Counted from the first letter of the stretch, positions 51,340 to 64,000 are shown. The stretch is DNA of 64,000 nt from Epiperipatus broadwayi (GCA_028023455.1 JAQFVV010000007.1:5146001-5210000), one strand, 5' to 3'. Program-made: numbers and translations. The notes: generated by a model from the letters alone, not told the origin.

Positions 51340-52870
51340 AAAGGGATTACTTCTAAGAGCTTGCAATTAAAACCTTCTATTTCCTCCAAGAGAGCTGAAA
51401 AGATTATTCAGAAAGCAAATGAGGTCTTATTGAGAAAAAAAATAATTGTTCAACAGTTTTTCAAGTATCAAACCTTGTATTCTATTCCTAAAAATAAATG
51501 TACACATGAAAATTTCTCAAGAATTTGTCAAGCAATGAAAAGATCATATTGAAAATTACATGAAAAAAATTAAAGAATGTCAGAAGAAAAAGCTTGTAAA
51601 TCTACATGGGCAAGACAAAATTCATACTGCAATTTGCAATGTATCGTCTTCATGAGTGAAAAAGTATAGTTCTAACCACTTTACTGATGCTGAACTAACT
51701 GTTCTTGGAAAAGCTTTGAATTACACCATCTACTGTCTCATTATTGGATATAATTTCAGTCACAAAAAGTTATCCAAAAATTGTATCTGGAAGAAGCAGC
51801 AGAAATACACTGGAGAGATAAAAAAAAAATACTTGAGACATGTCAAAAGCAGAAATCAAACATTTCATGTGATGAGAGAATACCTATTAAATCTGAAACA
51901 GGCTACAACTAGAATCATTCTTCCTGCTGACAATGGTAATATTACAGTTGTAATGAGTAAAACTGATTACAAAAACAAAATACAAGGACTTCTCACAGCA
52001 GGCCAGTTCAAAAAAGTAGCAAGAAAAGGCAATTCCAAATACAGAGGTAAAATTACAAGCATTACTCTGGAAGCATCACCAGTATTTCAGTGTTTTAAAA
52101 AACAGGAAATTAACTTTATATTTCAGCAAGATTCTTCCTTTATATGGACTACCTAAAATTTATAAAGACAATGTTCTATTAAGGCCTATTGTTAGTTCTA
52201 AATATTTGCCATGTCAAAATTTGTCAAGATTTCTTCTTGAAAGTCTTAGTTCATTAGCATACCATGACACAATCCTGCATCAGGGATTCTAAGCACATTG
52301 TAGGACTAGTCAGGGACATGAAAAGAGATGATAAAATGGTAAGCTTTGGTGCAGAAGGTCTATTTACAAATGTAACATGATTAGGCATTGTTTATTGTAA
52401 GGAAAAAGTTATATGATGATAATAGTCTAGAAACTAGAATAACAATATCTAGTGATAGTATAGTGTAATTATTAAAGTTCTGCATAACAACAACATACCT
52501 TCAATATAATTCTGAATTCTAACAAAATCAAGGGATGGCCATTGGATCACCATTGTCACCCTTGCTGAAAACTTGAAACAACAGCTACAAATACTATTTG
52601 ATGTCCACCTAAAGTGTGATCTCACTATACATTTGTGGTATGGTTGCATGTTGACGCTAATTACTGTCATTCTGGATGTATATCAACAATATATTCCATT
52701 GAATTAACTTCACAGAAATCAGAACAGAAACAAAAATTAAGATTCTTAGATGTTCTTTTGACAAGTCTCTCTCAGAGCAAAGTAAAAACAACAATGCATA
52801 GGAAACCATCACACACTGGCAAGTACTTGACATATACATCCAATCATGTAACTGATTTTTAACATGCTTT
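51340..52870 (+). mobile_element. Decayed, 3'-truncated Penelope-like element (RT)
   Basis: SSNHFTDAELTVLGKALN, PKIYKDNVLLRPIVSS (RPIVSS at 52182), VSFGAEGLFTNV, GMAIGSPLSP (GSPLSP at 52544), RFLDVLL and HRKPSHTGKYL; no GIY-YIG retained. Confidence 0.9.
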
Positions 52871-55657
52871 TATCAAATGTATTTTTTTCCAAATTTTGTG
52901 TACATGTTAAATAATGATGACATTACAGTAGGATTGCAATATATTTGGGTTATCCAGTCATGTGTGTATCACAGTTGATGCATCAAATTTCAAACTGAGT
53001 TGCTATTGGTTCAGTAAGTTTTCAATTATGCACAATAGATGGCAGAATAAATTTTAAAAATATTCTATCATTGGATTTTGTGACTTATTTATTAAAAAGT
53101 GTTTACACTTAATTAAAATAGAAAGAAAAAGAAATAAATAATATTTTAATTTCTTTTGATTGTCGAACTAAAACTTTTTAAAATGATTGCTTTCATAATT
53201 AAAAAAATATTGTAAACTATTAAAGTACACAAATTTCATTTCAATTTCCGAAAATATTGGATAGCCATATTGTTTTGATTGTCATTTTTAAACTTCAATG
53301 AAAAAAAAACTCATTGCAATATATCTGAATACTAAAAAATAATACAAAAAATATTTTATAAAAAAAATGTTTGTAGCAAAAACAAAAAAAAAAAATTTCA
53401 ATCACAATTTTGGTTGTTACATACAACTTAAAATAAAAGCATGTGGCATCCATAAACTAAATAATTTAATGCTAATTTATGGATATCTCATGCTTTTATT
53501 GTGATTAGTTTGATTTTTAATGCAGTACTGTTCAAATTAAGTAAAACTGTTTTTATAAAATATTTTTTATATATGTAGTTGATTATCTTATATTTTTGGT
53601 TATATGTATTTAAATAAATAAATACAACAATACACTACAGAGCTATATGTATCTTATAATATTACAGTGAAAGAAAACCTTTAAGACCCTCCATTAGCTC
53701 AGAATATTTAATTAAATATATGCCACATGCAATTTTAGCTCAGTATTGTATAATGATAGACATAAAAGTTAAATGTTCTTGGATAAAACCTGAACCTGAC
53801 ACTTTTGGTATTCAAATACTGTGAGTTCCTGGATGTTTAAACTATTTTATTATTTATCTGGCTGCTAGAAAAAATGAACCATTATTTTTGGATAGCTTTA
53901 ATAACTTTTGTTATATCTGAGATACAGAAAAAATTAATTTTGAGAGATAATTATTTTTTAATTCATGTAATTTAAATATATTTCAATAAGAACAATCAGT
54001 GAATAAATTTACTTAAAATTCATCATGATATTTTATAACTATATCTGAATCCTTTTTATAATCTTGTAAAATGCTTTTCATAATACTGTAATTCTAATAA
54101 AAGTACATTTCTATGTATATTCTTGATACGGATTTTTATTAAGTAATCATCAAATCAATATCCATTTCTAATGGTCATATTAATAGCATTGTTGATTCTT
54201 CCATGATAAAGGTTTATTTATTATTGTGATGATAGTTTCCATATACATATTTGGTAGTATTACAAAAGTAGGAGTGGTTTTAATTGATTTTGCTTTTGCA
54301 TATTCTCAAATCTATATTTAATATTTAAAGTTTTAATTAAAAATTATTACATCATTGTAACAAAAGAAAGGAATCTTTCAGTTATTTTATTATAAATTAA
54401 ATTTTTTTTTGGAAAGATTTGATAAGAATTTATTTATTCATTTCTTAGTAATGAGAGTTTTCCACTGAAGAAACTATAAATATATGTAATTAGACTTTAT
54501 TGTATTTTTAATTTCCAGGTATAAATTTGTTAATAAGCTGTTTCATATAAATATGCATAACTTTGATATTTCAATATTTAAATCATAACATTTATAATTT
54601 TAAAAGTATTTACTTTGCCTTATAAATCACATTGTAATTTATCTTTGTAATATAGATTGTTTTGGTTTATAAAAAAAAGTATTTTAACAGTTACCCATAC
54701 CACCAGAAAAATTAGAGAAATACTGTTTAAGCTTGAATCATAATAAATTCGTATGTAATTTTTATTGACTTCTTTAAATGTTTATTTTTCTCTCTTTTTA
54801 TTTATGCTTGCTTTCAGATGTTGGGTATCCCATTAAAAGAGGTAAGGATCTATTTTATTTTTTGGAATATGCGTAATATATAAACTATTATGAAACTAAG
54901 TTGTGTGGGGTTTTTTTTTATTAATATTATTATAGATGAAAACGCAAAAAAAGAAAGATATGTGGCTTAAAAATTAAATTAGAATTTAAGTAGAAATAAC
55001 TCTAGAGAATATTAAAAGTGTTTTTATTCTATACAAAAATCAATATCCATTACTACCTTGTTTATGCTATTCTAGATGAAAAGTTAATACTTGATATATA
55101 TTCGATTATTTGTATTAATATAGTTTTAATAATTTCAAAGTTATTTACAAATTAATATGAAAACCTTTTTATTTGTCATCAAAGAGTAATAGCAGTTTAA
55201 AGAAAAATTAAATCTAATAATTTTTCAAGTTTTATTAATCTTTTTTTTTTTTAAAAAAAAAAAAAGCAAAAACCATTTCTATTACTTTCTTATTTTCAAT
55301 TATTTATTCAATATTTATATTTTTCTGAGACTGAATAACTAATTTTATTCGTATTTGATGCAAAAACGATAAATAATTTTTAGAAAATGTAATTTTTAAT
55401 TGAAAGTAACTATATTATAATTTGCATCAAAGTATTTTTCTTATAGGCCAAGAGATTTAATCACAAAGAAAAACATTTCAGTATTGTTGTTTATACAAAT
55501 TGTCTACTATAAGACATTTAATTAAGATTTCAAAACAACAGTCATACTTATTTTTTATTTTTTGAATATTATGAAAAAATGTTTCAGAGTAATCACTGGT
55601 TTAAGAAGAAAATAATCATGATATGAGTATATTGGTCTCTTAAAGTTTAATGATTTA

Positions 55658-58600
55658 TGCTATGTCCAGCAGTGACCAACTTACAGCACAGATGGATTGC
55701 AAATTTAATAGAAAAAGATGACTATAATATAATCACAGGCTGCATGGCAATTTAAATTATAGTATTCCTTTAATTATAAACAGTTATTATAAATGTTCTT
55801 TTATCATCAACATGCGAAGTTAGAACTTGCAAATACAACAAGTTTGAAGCAGTTGATTTATGTGGGTCCTACGACCAGGTACTACTGTCTCAAGATATTA
55901 ATTAAGAGTCTGGCAAATAGTTCTCAGAGAGGCCAGTTTGGCAAGGCTGACAATAATTGTCAGTGGAAGAAACATGTCTGTTCTTCAAGGGCTACAAATA
56001 GCTAATGATTTCTCTTCCCCCTTCTGGTGAAGATCACGGTTCAAGTTTTCATTCTAATAATCTAATTGGTTGGAATCCACCAGTACCATGTGGTAGTACC
56101 AATGTTATTACATTCCAACCTGCATTTTTGTTTAATCAATCATAATATGAGTTCTTATATTTTTAATTAATTTTGTTTTTTGGGTTTCAATAAAAATACG
56201 CATTTGATCAGATTTTTCTAATACATGTGTATTTAGCACACCTCCTCCCAGTTCAGAGATCAGAGGGGTTTTGTTTTCTGCCCTCTGAATTAAGAGCATA
56301 GTCACCAAAGTGGGCAGGGGTTTTCCTCTTGCACTTAGGATATAATGGGGTGTTAGATTTTAATGATGCAAAATTATTAGCATTAGGAGTTTTTCCGTTT
56401 TTGCTTTCGATTTAACTTTGAAAGTAAACTTGCAGTTATTCCTTCATAGTTGCTTGATATGCTTACAAAGTACTTTTGCATCTGCCATCCAGATGGCAAC
56501 AACTTGATTACTCAGGTGTACTATTTCTCCACCAGTCCACTTTTTATCTTGATTATTTTTGATCCAAATGTGGTCAGTAGGTGAAAATTTATTTATGATA
56601 TCTGTGGGTGGTTTGACATCCTCAGTTTTCATGTGATGGTAGTTTTGATTTCAATGATTGGAGAGCTGGTATTTGACCTTGTTTTTTCCAGTATGTAATT
56701 TAATTCCCAATCCTGAACCATTTGCGGCCAATGAGAGGATTTATCTTGGCGTGGACTATGTATAACAGTAGTTTCCAGTTCTTGGCATTACTAATCATGA
56801 CAAGAACCTGGATTTAGCCTCTAATGTTAATGGCATTACCATTTATATCACAAGCTTCTAAGTTTGGCTTTATTATCTTAGGGGGATGTGTCATGTCAGC
56901 AACAATGGTTTTCCATTCTCTAAGAGAGATCAAGGATACTCCACTACCGCTGTCTATTTCCATGAAAACACTTTTTCTAAAGATTTTTAATATCATTTCA
57001 ATTTTATGATCTTATTATCTTTGGGGGATGTGTCATGTCAGCAACAATGGTTTTCCATTCTCTAAGAGTGATCAAGGATACTCCATTACCGCTGTCTATT
57101 TCCATGAGAACACCTTTTCTAAAGATTTTTAATATCATTTCAATTTTATGATCCAGGTCAGATGACATGTTATTTTTGTGAGTAGATTTGTCTTTAGTAA
57201 GGCACTCCTGGTGTTTTTTACTTGTATAGTCAACAGATTTCTTTTTTCGGCACATTTTCTCTAAATGGCCAATTTTTTACAGTTTCTGCATTGTTGATCT
57301 TTATAAACAAAATACTTAATATTGCTTTGAATATTCTGCATTGTGTTATCTTGCTGGGGTGCACTTCCTTCTAACTTATCAACCTTAGCTATTTTATAGG
57401 GATTGCTGTCCGATAATTTGATGGCTGTGAATTCTTTTGATTGAATAGTCTTGAGCTCAAGGGCTATTCCACACTTGATAGCTTCTTTGTAGTTGATGTC
57501 ACTGTCAGCCAATAACTTCTGTCTCAAGGTGTCACTAGTCATACCACATAAAAATTGTTCAAAAAGTGCTTCCTCCAGGTATCATTTGTAGATGCAGTTC
57601 TTGGCCTATTCTCACAGGGCCATATTATATTCTTGAGTATGCTCATTCTTTTCTTGATGGCAGTTCCTAAAATGGAGTCTGGCGATGTGTCTAGACTCAT
57701 GAGGGTTTAAGTACTCAGCTAATTTCTCTTTGAGCTGCTGAAACATTAGATCTTCTGGGGTTTTAGTTCAGCCAGTCTGTTAGCAATATGAATAATGCTT
57801 CTCTCTATGTAGCACAATAACATCACAGTTTTAATTTTGTTGTTTTATATTCTATTAATGACCAGGAGTTTCTCAATTTGTTGGATGAAGAGGGGCCATT
57901 CGCTTGCCTATGTGACGTCAAATTCCGATATTGCCAACTGCATTACAGTATATATAATAAATCACTTTAAATTTTTCTTGCTTATGAGAAATGAATAGTT
58001 TGCTTACATGAGTTAATTGAACTAAAATTTTTTCTTCTTCTGCCTGTTACATAATCTGATGGGATTTCAACTGTCAGGGTTCATTCACAATGACTGCAAC
58101 AATTGCTATGTCCAGCGATGACCAAGTTACACCACAGCTGGATTGCAAATTTAATAGAAAAAGATTACTAATATAATCACAGGTGGCATGGCAATTTAAA
58201 TTATAGATACTCTAATTATAAACAGTTATTATAAATTTTCTCTTATCTTCAACATACAAAGTTATAACATATGAATACAATGTGTTTGAGGCAGTTGATT
58301 TATGTGAGTTCTATGACCAGGTACTGCTGTCTCATTATATTAATTAAGAGTCGGGAAAATTGTTCTAAGAGAGGCCAGTTTGGCAAGGCTGACAATAATT
58401 GTCAGTGGAAGAAACATGTTTGTTTTTCAAGGGCTACAAATAGCTAATGGTTTCTCTCACCCCTTCTAGTGAAGATTGCGGTTCAAGTTTTCATTTAATA
58501 ATCTAATTGTTTGGAATCCAGTGGTACCACATGGTAATACCAATGTTATTACATTCCAACCTGCATTTTTGTTTAATCAATCATAATAGGAGTTCTTATA

Positions 58601-58679
58601 TTTTTAATTAATTTCGTTTCTTAGGTTTCAATAAAAATACACATTTGATCAGATTTTTCTAATACACATGTATTTTGCA
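55658..58679 (-). mobile_element. Internally deleted Gypsy (Mag-like) LTR retrotransposon
   Basis: LTRs at 55658-56238 and 58104-58679 (TGCTA...T(A/T)GCA), 5-bp TSD ATTTA (55653-55657, 58680-58684) and PPT GGGAGGAGG next to the 3' LTR. Gag starts at 57943 with LRQKLLAD and a CCHC-type knuckle, followed by protease IDSG and an integrase C-terminal module. No RT/RNase H was seen. Confidence 0.92.
56870..57153 (-). repeat. 142-bp tandem duplication of the protease active-site segment
   Basis: Blocks start at 56870 and 57012; both encode MEIDSG.GVSLI. Confidence 0.9.
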
Positions 58680-59278
58680 ATTTAGTAATCCATAGTTTGT
58701 AAAATATATTTAAAATTGTGTACTATTTTTTTCCCAGTTCATCAAGAAATTGTGCAAAAAAGACAGTGATTTTATTACAATTTCTGAATAAATATAATAT
58801 ACAATGGATCCCATTTAGATTATATACTAATAATTTTTAAATAAAAAAATTATTTAATTTTACAAATTTATTGTTTAAAAAATCTGAAAAGTTAACTATT
58901 TTTATTACTTGTATATTATCTCAAATCATGTCTAAAAGAATTTAAATCAAAGATAATTTACGATGGAGCCATGAAGTTTCAAACTACTTTTGATTTAAAT
59001 TATATGTTAACCAAAAATAAATGAATAAACAAAAAAAAAAGAGAAAAATAAATAAGAAAAACAATGATATTTATGATCTTATTAAATGTTATGAATTTGG
59101 TATGGTGGCAATCATTTTTTATCTTGCTAAATATCATGTTCTCAAACATGCATTTATGTATTGCAATCATGTTTTCTTTGGGATTTAAATACTATACCTA
59201 TTCATTTCTGTGCTGTAGATTAAAAGAACTTGTGCTACTTTTTTCCAAGCATTTATTTTTTCAAAATATTTTAGTCTG

Positions 59279-62240
59279 TATCATAATCATCATTGATCAA
59301 TCCACTGCAGGATGAAGGTCTCTCCAAGTTCAATCCATCTTCTCTGATCTTTAGCTTCTATTCTCCACATCATTTCTGCACACTTTCTTATTTCATCCAT
59401 CCATCTCACTTGTGGTCTCTTTCTTGGTCTTTTATAATCTCTTGGAATCCACTTTAAGATTTCAATTGTCCATCTATTATCATCTATTCTAGCAATAAAT
59501 CCAGCCCAACTCCACCCCAGTCTTTTAATTTTTTTTAATGAGGTCAGTAACACCTGTTTGTTCTCTTACCTATATATTGCATTTTTGAACTTTTCTTGTT
59601 ACTCCCAACTTGCATCTCTCCATACTTTTTTGAGCAGTCTGAAGTCTCTGTATTGCTTGTCTACTAAGGATCCAAGTCTCAGGTTCATAAGTAAGAACTG
59701 TTAAAACACATTTATTAAAAACCCTTCCTTTTCAAACACATAGGCATATTTCCTTTTAGTATCAAGTTATTTCTACCAGAAACACTCCAACCAAGTTTAA
59801 TTCTATGATTAATTTCATCCATTATGTTTCCATCTATATTAATAATCTGACCAAGGTATTTGTAGCTGTTAACTTCTTCTAACTCATCATAATCAATCTT
59901 TTATTTTCATATTTTGAGAAAATCCATTAAACATTACTTTGGTCTTTTTAACATTTATCTTTAGTCCTACTTTCCTACTGTCATCTGATAACTCCTGCAA
60001 CATTTCATGCAGCTCTAAAGCATTATTTTCAAAAATAACTACATCATATGCAAAATCTAAATGACTTAAATAATCTCCATTTGCTTTCACTCCTTTAGCT
60101 TCCCATTTTAATCCACAAAACACCTCTTGCAGCACTGCTGTAAAAAGTTTTGGAAATATGGAGTCACCCTGTCTTACACCCTTCTCAATGTTGATTTTCC
60201 TAGTATCATTATGTAATCTAATTGTTGTGGTTGCATTTTTATAAATATTCTTTAAAATATGACAATATCCTGAATTTATACCTTGATGATCCAATGCTTT
60301 AATTACTGAAAAATGTTTATAGAATCAAACGCCTTTTCATAATCTACAAATCCAAAGCATAATGGCAACTCATATTCATTTGTCCTTTCAATAATTTCTC
60401 TCAATACCTGGATATGAGTGTACTAAAAACCATTTTTAAATTCAACTTGTTCTCTTGGTTGGTGGAAATCCAAAGTTCTCTGTAGACGAGTTGTAATTAT
60501 CTTGGTAAAAAATTTGTATAAAACTGATAAAAGGCTGATAGATCTGTAATTTCTAATATCTTTTTTATCAACCTCTTTTAAATATTAATATTGCATCCTT
60601 CCATTCATCTGGTATATCTTTATGATTTAGACATTTGGTATATAACTGTGCTAAAAAATGGTCTATTTCTTCACCTCCTTCTTTTAAGATATCAATTATA
60701 ATTCTATCATTACCTGGAGCCTTTCATTATAAATTTAATTGCATGTCTCACTTTTTCATTTAAAATTCTAGGCAATTTGGAAGAGATATTAGATATAGGA
60801 GGTACTTGTTTTTATTATTACATAATACTTGATAGAAGTCTTCTACTCATTTTATGATGTCATCTCTCTTTTTTTCTTATTGCAGATATAAATTTCCTAC
60901 CAATACCAAAATGTTGTTTTACACTCTTGAGACTTTTATTCTCTTCTATAGCTTTCCTTGCAAGCTCACAGTTATGCTTTCTTATTTCATTTTCAACTCT
61001 TTTCTGCACCATTTTACAAAATTCGAGATATTCAATCATTTTTAATGCATCATTTTTGTATATCTTCCTATTCATTCTTATCCTCATAAATTCTCTAGTC
61101 TCAATAGAAATTTTATTGGTCAATTGCTGCTTTTTTCTACCAGCTATCTTTGTTCCAGTTTTTAAAAGTGTACCAGTTATTTTCTTATTAATTTCATTCA
61201 AATCTGAATCATGTTCAAAATCTACTAATACTTGAAACCAATTTGTAAGTTCTAATTTAAATTCATTAGAATATTTCTAAGATTAGGAATATCAACTGTA
61301 ATTATTGTTAATATCAATTGTAATTGTTGTTTTTCCTTATAATTTTTGTCTCTCTAGTTTTGCATTAACATGTATCTTATATCTTACTAATCAATGATCA
61401 CTTCCTCTGTTAAGTTTATTAAGAACATTACAATCTTGAAATATATATTTTCTATTAATCAAAATATTATCCAATTCTGCTGTACCTTCATTTGGATCCT
61501 TCCATGTCCATTTCCTTGTAACATTTTTCTCAAAAAAAGAATTCATAATATAAAGGTTTTTTTTTCTGCAAACTTCACAAATTTATGTCCTCTCTCATTT
61601 CTATTCCCATAAACAAAATTACCTATAGCACTTTCATCTTTCATTGTTTACCAATTCTAGCATTAAATCTCCCATAACAATTTAAAATGTTGTTTACTCT
61701 GATCAAAAGCCTTTTGTACATCCATATAAAAATCTTCTACTATTTCATCACTATGAGAACTTGTCGGGGCATAAACCTGAATTATCCATGTGCTATTAAG
61801 TTATATAATTAATCTTGCCACTCTGTCCAATACACCATGAATCTCCACAATGTTGTTCTTCCACTTTTTATTTATAATGAATTCTACTCCACTTCTATTT
61901 CCAATATTTGTGCCTTTATAATAGAGTACATGTCCACTTTTCAAATCAATTGTCTCTTCACCTTTTCTTCTAACTTCACAATGTTCAATAATGTCCCATT
62001 TAATATAAGACAGTTCTTTTTCTAATTCTTGTAATCTTCTTTCACTTGAAGTGGTTTGCAGTTGTAAGTGCCTAAATAAAATGTCATTATTAAATGGCAG
62101 CCTGGGTCCACAATCAGGGGATTCTTAACATCCTCCACCTTTGGCCACCAACCACTGTCTTGGTTGGTGACTTTACAACCTCCTGGGAATAAAGGCCATG
62201 ATTTATTTTTGTCTGTCATGATTGTATATATCTATTGGAA
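59279..62240 (-). mobile_element. Decayed near-full-length RTE-clade LINE
   Basis: ATG at 62219; APE motifs IIQVYAPTS and IVMGDFNARIG; RT KGVRQGD and degenerate FADD; C-terminal WAG.IAR..DNRWT...W.PR...RW.D; TGA-type tail. Confidence 0.92.
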
Positions 62241-63235
62241 AAATATTTGTCATTTACACATACATTCATTCTGCCTTATCAGGCTACTGAGAAGAAAGAC
62301 CATAATGTTTCTTCATCTTAAACTCAGAGGTAAAAAGCCAATAAACTTGCCAAGCTGGCTAATGCATGTTAGTGAGCAGCCCATTCATGTTCATATACTA
62401 AATACATAATCACATAGTAATAACAGCTGCAATGACAGGAATGTATGGGGTGGCCATTAGGAATTTTCTCTGCTCAGTTCCTTTAAGGCCTCCAAGAAAA
62501 ATCAGAGTCTCCTTTCAGTTAATAGCAAACTCCTTTCTGCAGCCTTACTTTGTATATCTTTAGTAAAATATTGAATTTTTATAGAATCATGGGTGAGAAT
62601 TTTTTTAAAATGTCATAAAGTACTGTGTTTACAAAAGAAGATAAAAAGTTGTTTTAGAAAAAGAAAAAAAAAGGCTGATTCAGAAGTAGACCACATGTAT
62701 CAAAGAAATAAATCTATTAGAGAAATTATAGAGAGGTTTTATTTAAATAAATGTGATTTTTCATTTTATTATTTATGGCTATGTTACTATATTATTTTTT
62801 TAATTTTGTCTATATAGTACATATAATTTTTGTAAATGAAGAAAGCTTGTAACAAAATATAGTGTAGTACATATCTAAACTGTAGTTATTAAATACTACT
62901 ATATGTATAATGTTTAAGATTAAAAAATGCTTTTAGATTTAATTTATTTTATAGCTACCCTACATCAATGCTTTTATTTTGGATTTTTTTGTTTATGTAA
63001 TCATCTTTTTTACAGCATGAATGAGTCTTTTTTAAAACTACAACAGGCTCTATCATATATTGAGTAAAAAAAAAAAAAATTAAAAATTTCATATTTATAT
63101 TAATGTAAATACAAAGAGCATTTTATGTTAACTGAGGAATGTAACTAGTGGCGTTTTGCATTATGGGTTGTAGCAGTATCACAATTAACAACAGTTTCAT
63201 TAATATGTTAAAGAAAATAATCAGTATAATATGTC

Positions 63236-63654
63236 TATTAAAACAGGCAAAACTCTCCATACAGTAGTGCCACTCAGTGCAAGCCAGAATAATCAATGGA
63301 TGCCAGAAGGCTTGTGCATAAAATCCCTATCCAATGCCTACTCATCCAATATCCCCAGACTAGTTTCTCGCTTGTGGCCTTCATCAGTGAGGAGCTTTGG
63401 ATTTAAGACACTGCACCAGGATCTTAGGATCTAATGCAACCCTCCAGAAGTCACCTTTTATTTCTACTTAAGTACAGAACTATGAGAATAAAATTAAAAA
63501 CACAATAATATTTTCAATCTAAGCTCATTCGCTTATATGGTCATACAGGTCTGAACTCAGTTCAGTACCCATACATTTTGGCACTACTGTATGGAGAGTT
63601 TTGCCTGTTTTAATAACAGTTATGAGCAAGCATAAGAAATGGTGATCATATGAT
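63236..63654 (-). mobile_element. Family-2 hammerhead element, copy D, with 37-bp perfect inverted fragment plus ~40-nt tail
   Basis: 63236-63272 is the exact reverse complement of 63579-63615; the tail 63616-63654 occurs only on the inverted piece. Confidence 0.9.
63352..63393 (-). ncRNA. Type I hammerhead, family 2 copy D
   Basis: UCCUCA-CUGAUGA-A-GGC-CACAA-GCG-A-GAAA-CUAG-UC/UGGGGA; core intact, stem II weakened. Confidence 0.72.
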
Positions 63655-64000
63655 ATTTGGTGGTATAATATGTCTCAGAAAGATTTTAAGATAATCCTTA
63701 TAATGTTAATGGGCTCTATCTCCCCTATGAAAACCATGCATAAGTTCGCTATAAAACTTTAAGTCTTAAAATGTTTATTTGAACAAGTGTGATTTTTACT
63801 GTTGATTATTATATTACATTCAGTAAGTTGAATATATTAATTAGTAGTATAATCTTATCATTGTGTTTCGAAATTTTACAAAAAAAAAAATTAAATAAAA
63901 CTTTTCTAATGCTTCTCTGTTTTATTAATGGGGTATTTAAATCACAACTCTCATATAATAAATTAAGTAAAATAACTCCTTTATTGATAGCTAATTCACT

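Noticed and set aside
62245-62320. Minus-strand CUGAUAA and GAAAC...GUC as a hammerhead
   Set aside because: The elements are in an order that cannot form stems I and II, and the core is mutated.
63133-63160. CUGAGGA followed by a hairpin
   Set aside because: No GAAA or cleavage triplet.

Overview
AT-rich, CpG-depleted eukaryotic (animal, probably invertebrate) DNA with no intact protein-coding gene. The supplied ORFs are either fragments of decayed transposons or chance ORFs. The main signal is a concentration of minimal type I hammerhead ribozymes (HHRs). (1) Bases 1-3977 are a young tandem array of a non-coding 435-bp unit. Each unit carries one HHR with a palindromic stem III (7 intact, 2 broken), which matches the non-LTR retrozyme / dimeric-hammerhead architecture. 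(2) A second, unrelated HHR monomer of about 454 bp is dispersed in at least 6 ribozyme-bearing copies plus 2 remnants. Most copies show the inverted-fragment-plus-~40-nt-tail footprint of Penelope-like element (PLE) insertion. (3) A third HHR element lies at 29.9-30.5 kb. (4) An HHR remnant lies between two divergent, decayed PLEs (RT, one with GIY-YIG) at 49-52.9 kb. Also present: two near-full-length decayed RTE LINEs, a 5'-inverted RTE insertion with TSD, an internally deleted Mag-like Gypsy element with both LTRs and a 5-bp TSD, three tRNA-Gly-derived mini-SINEs, a hAT MITE with an 8-bp TSD, mariner and Merlin fragments, LTR remnants and simple repeats. All alignments and folds were done by eye, and TE end coordinates are approximate unless a TSD is given.
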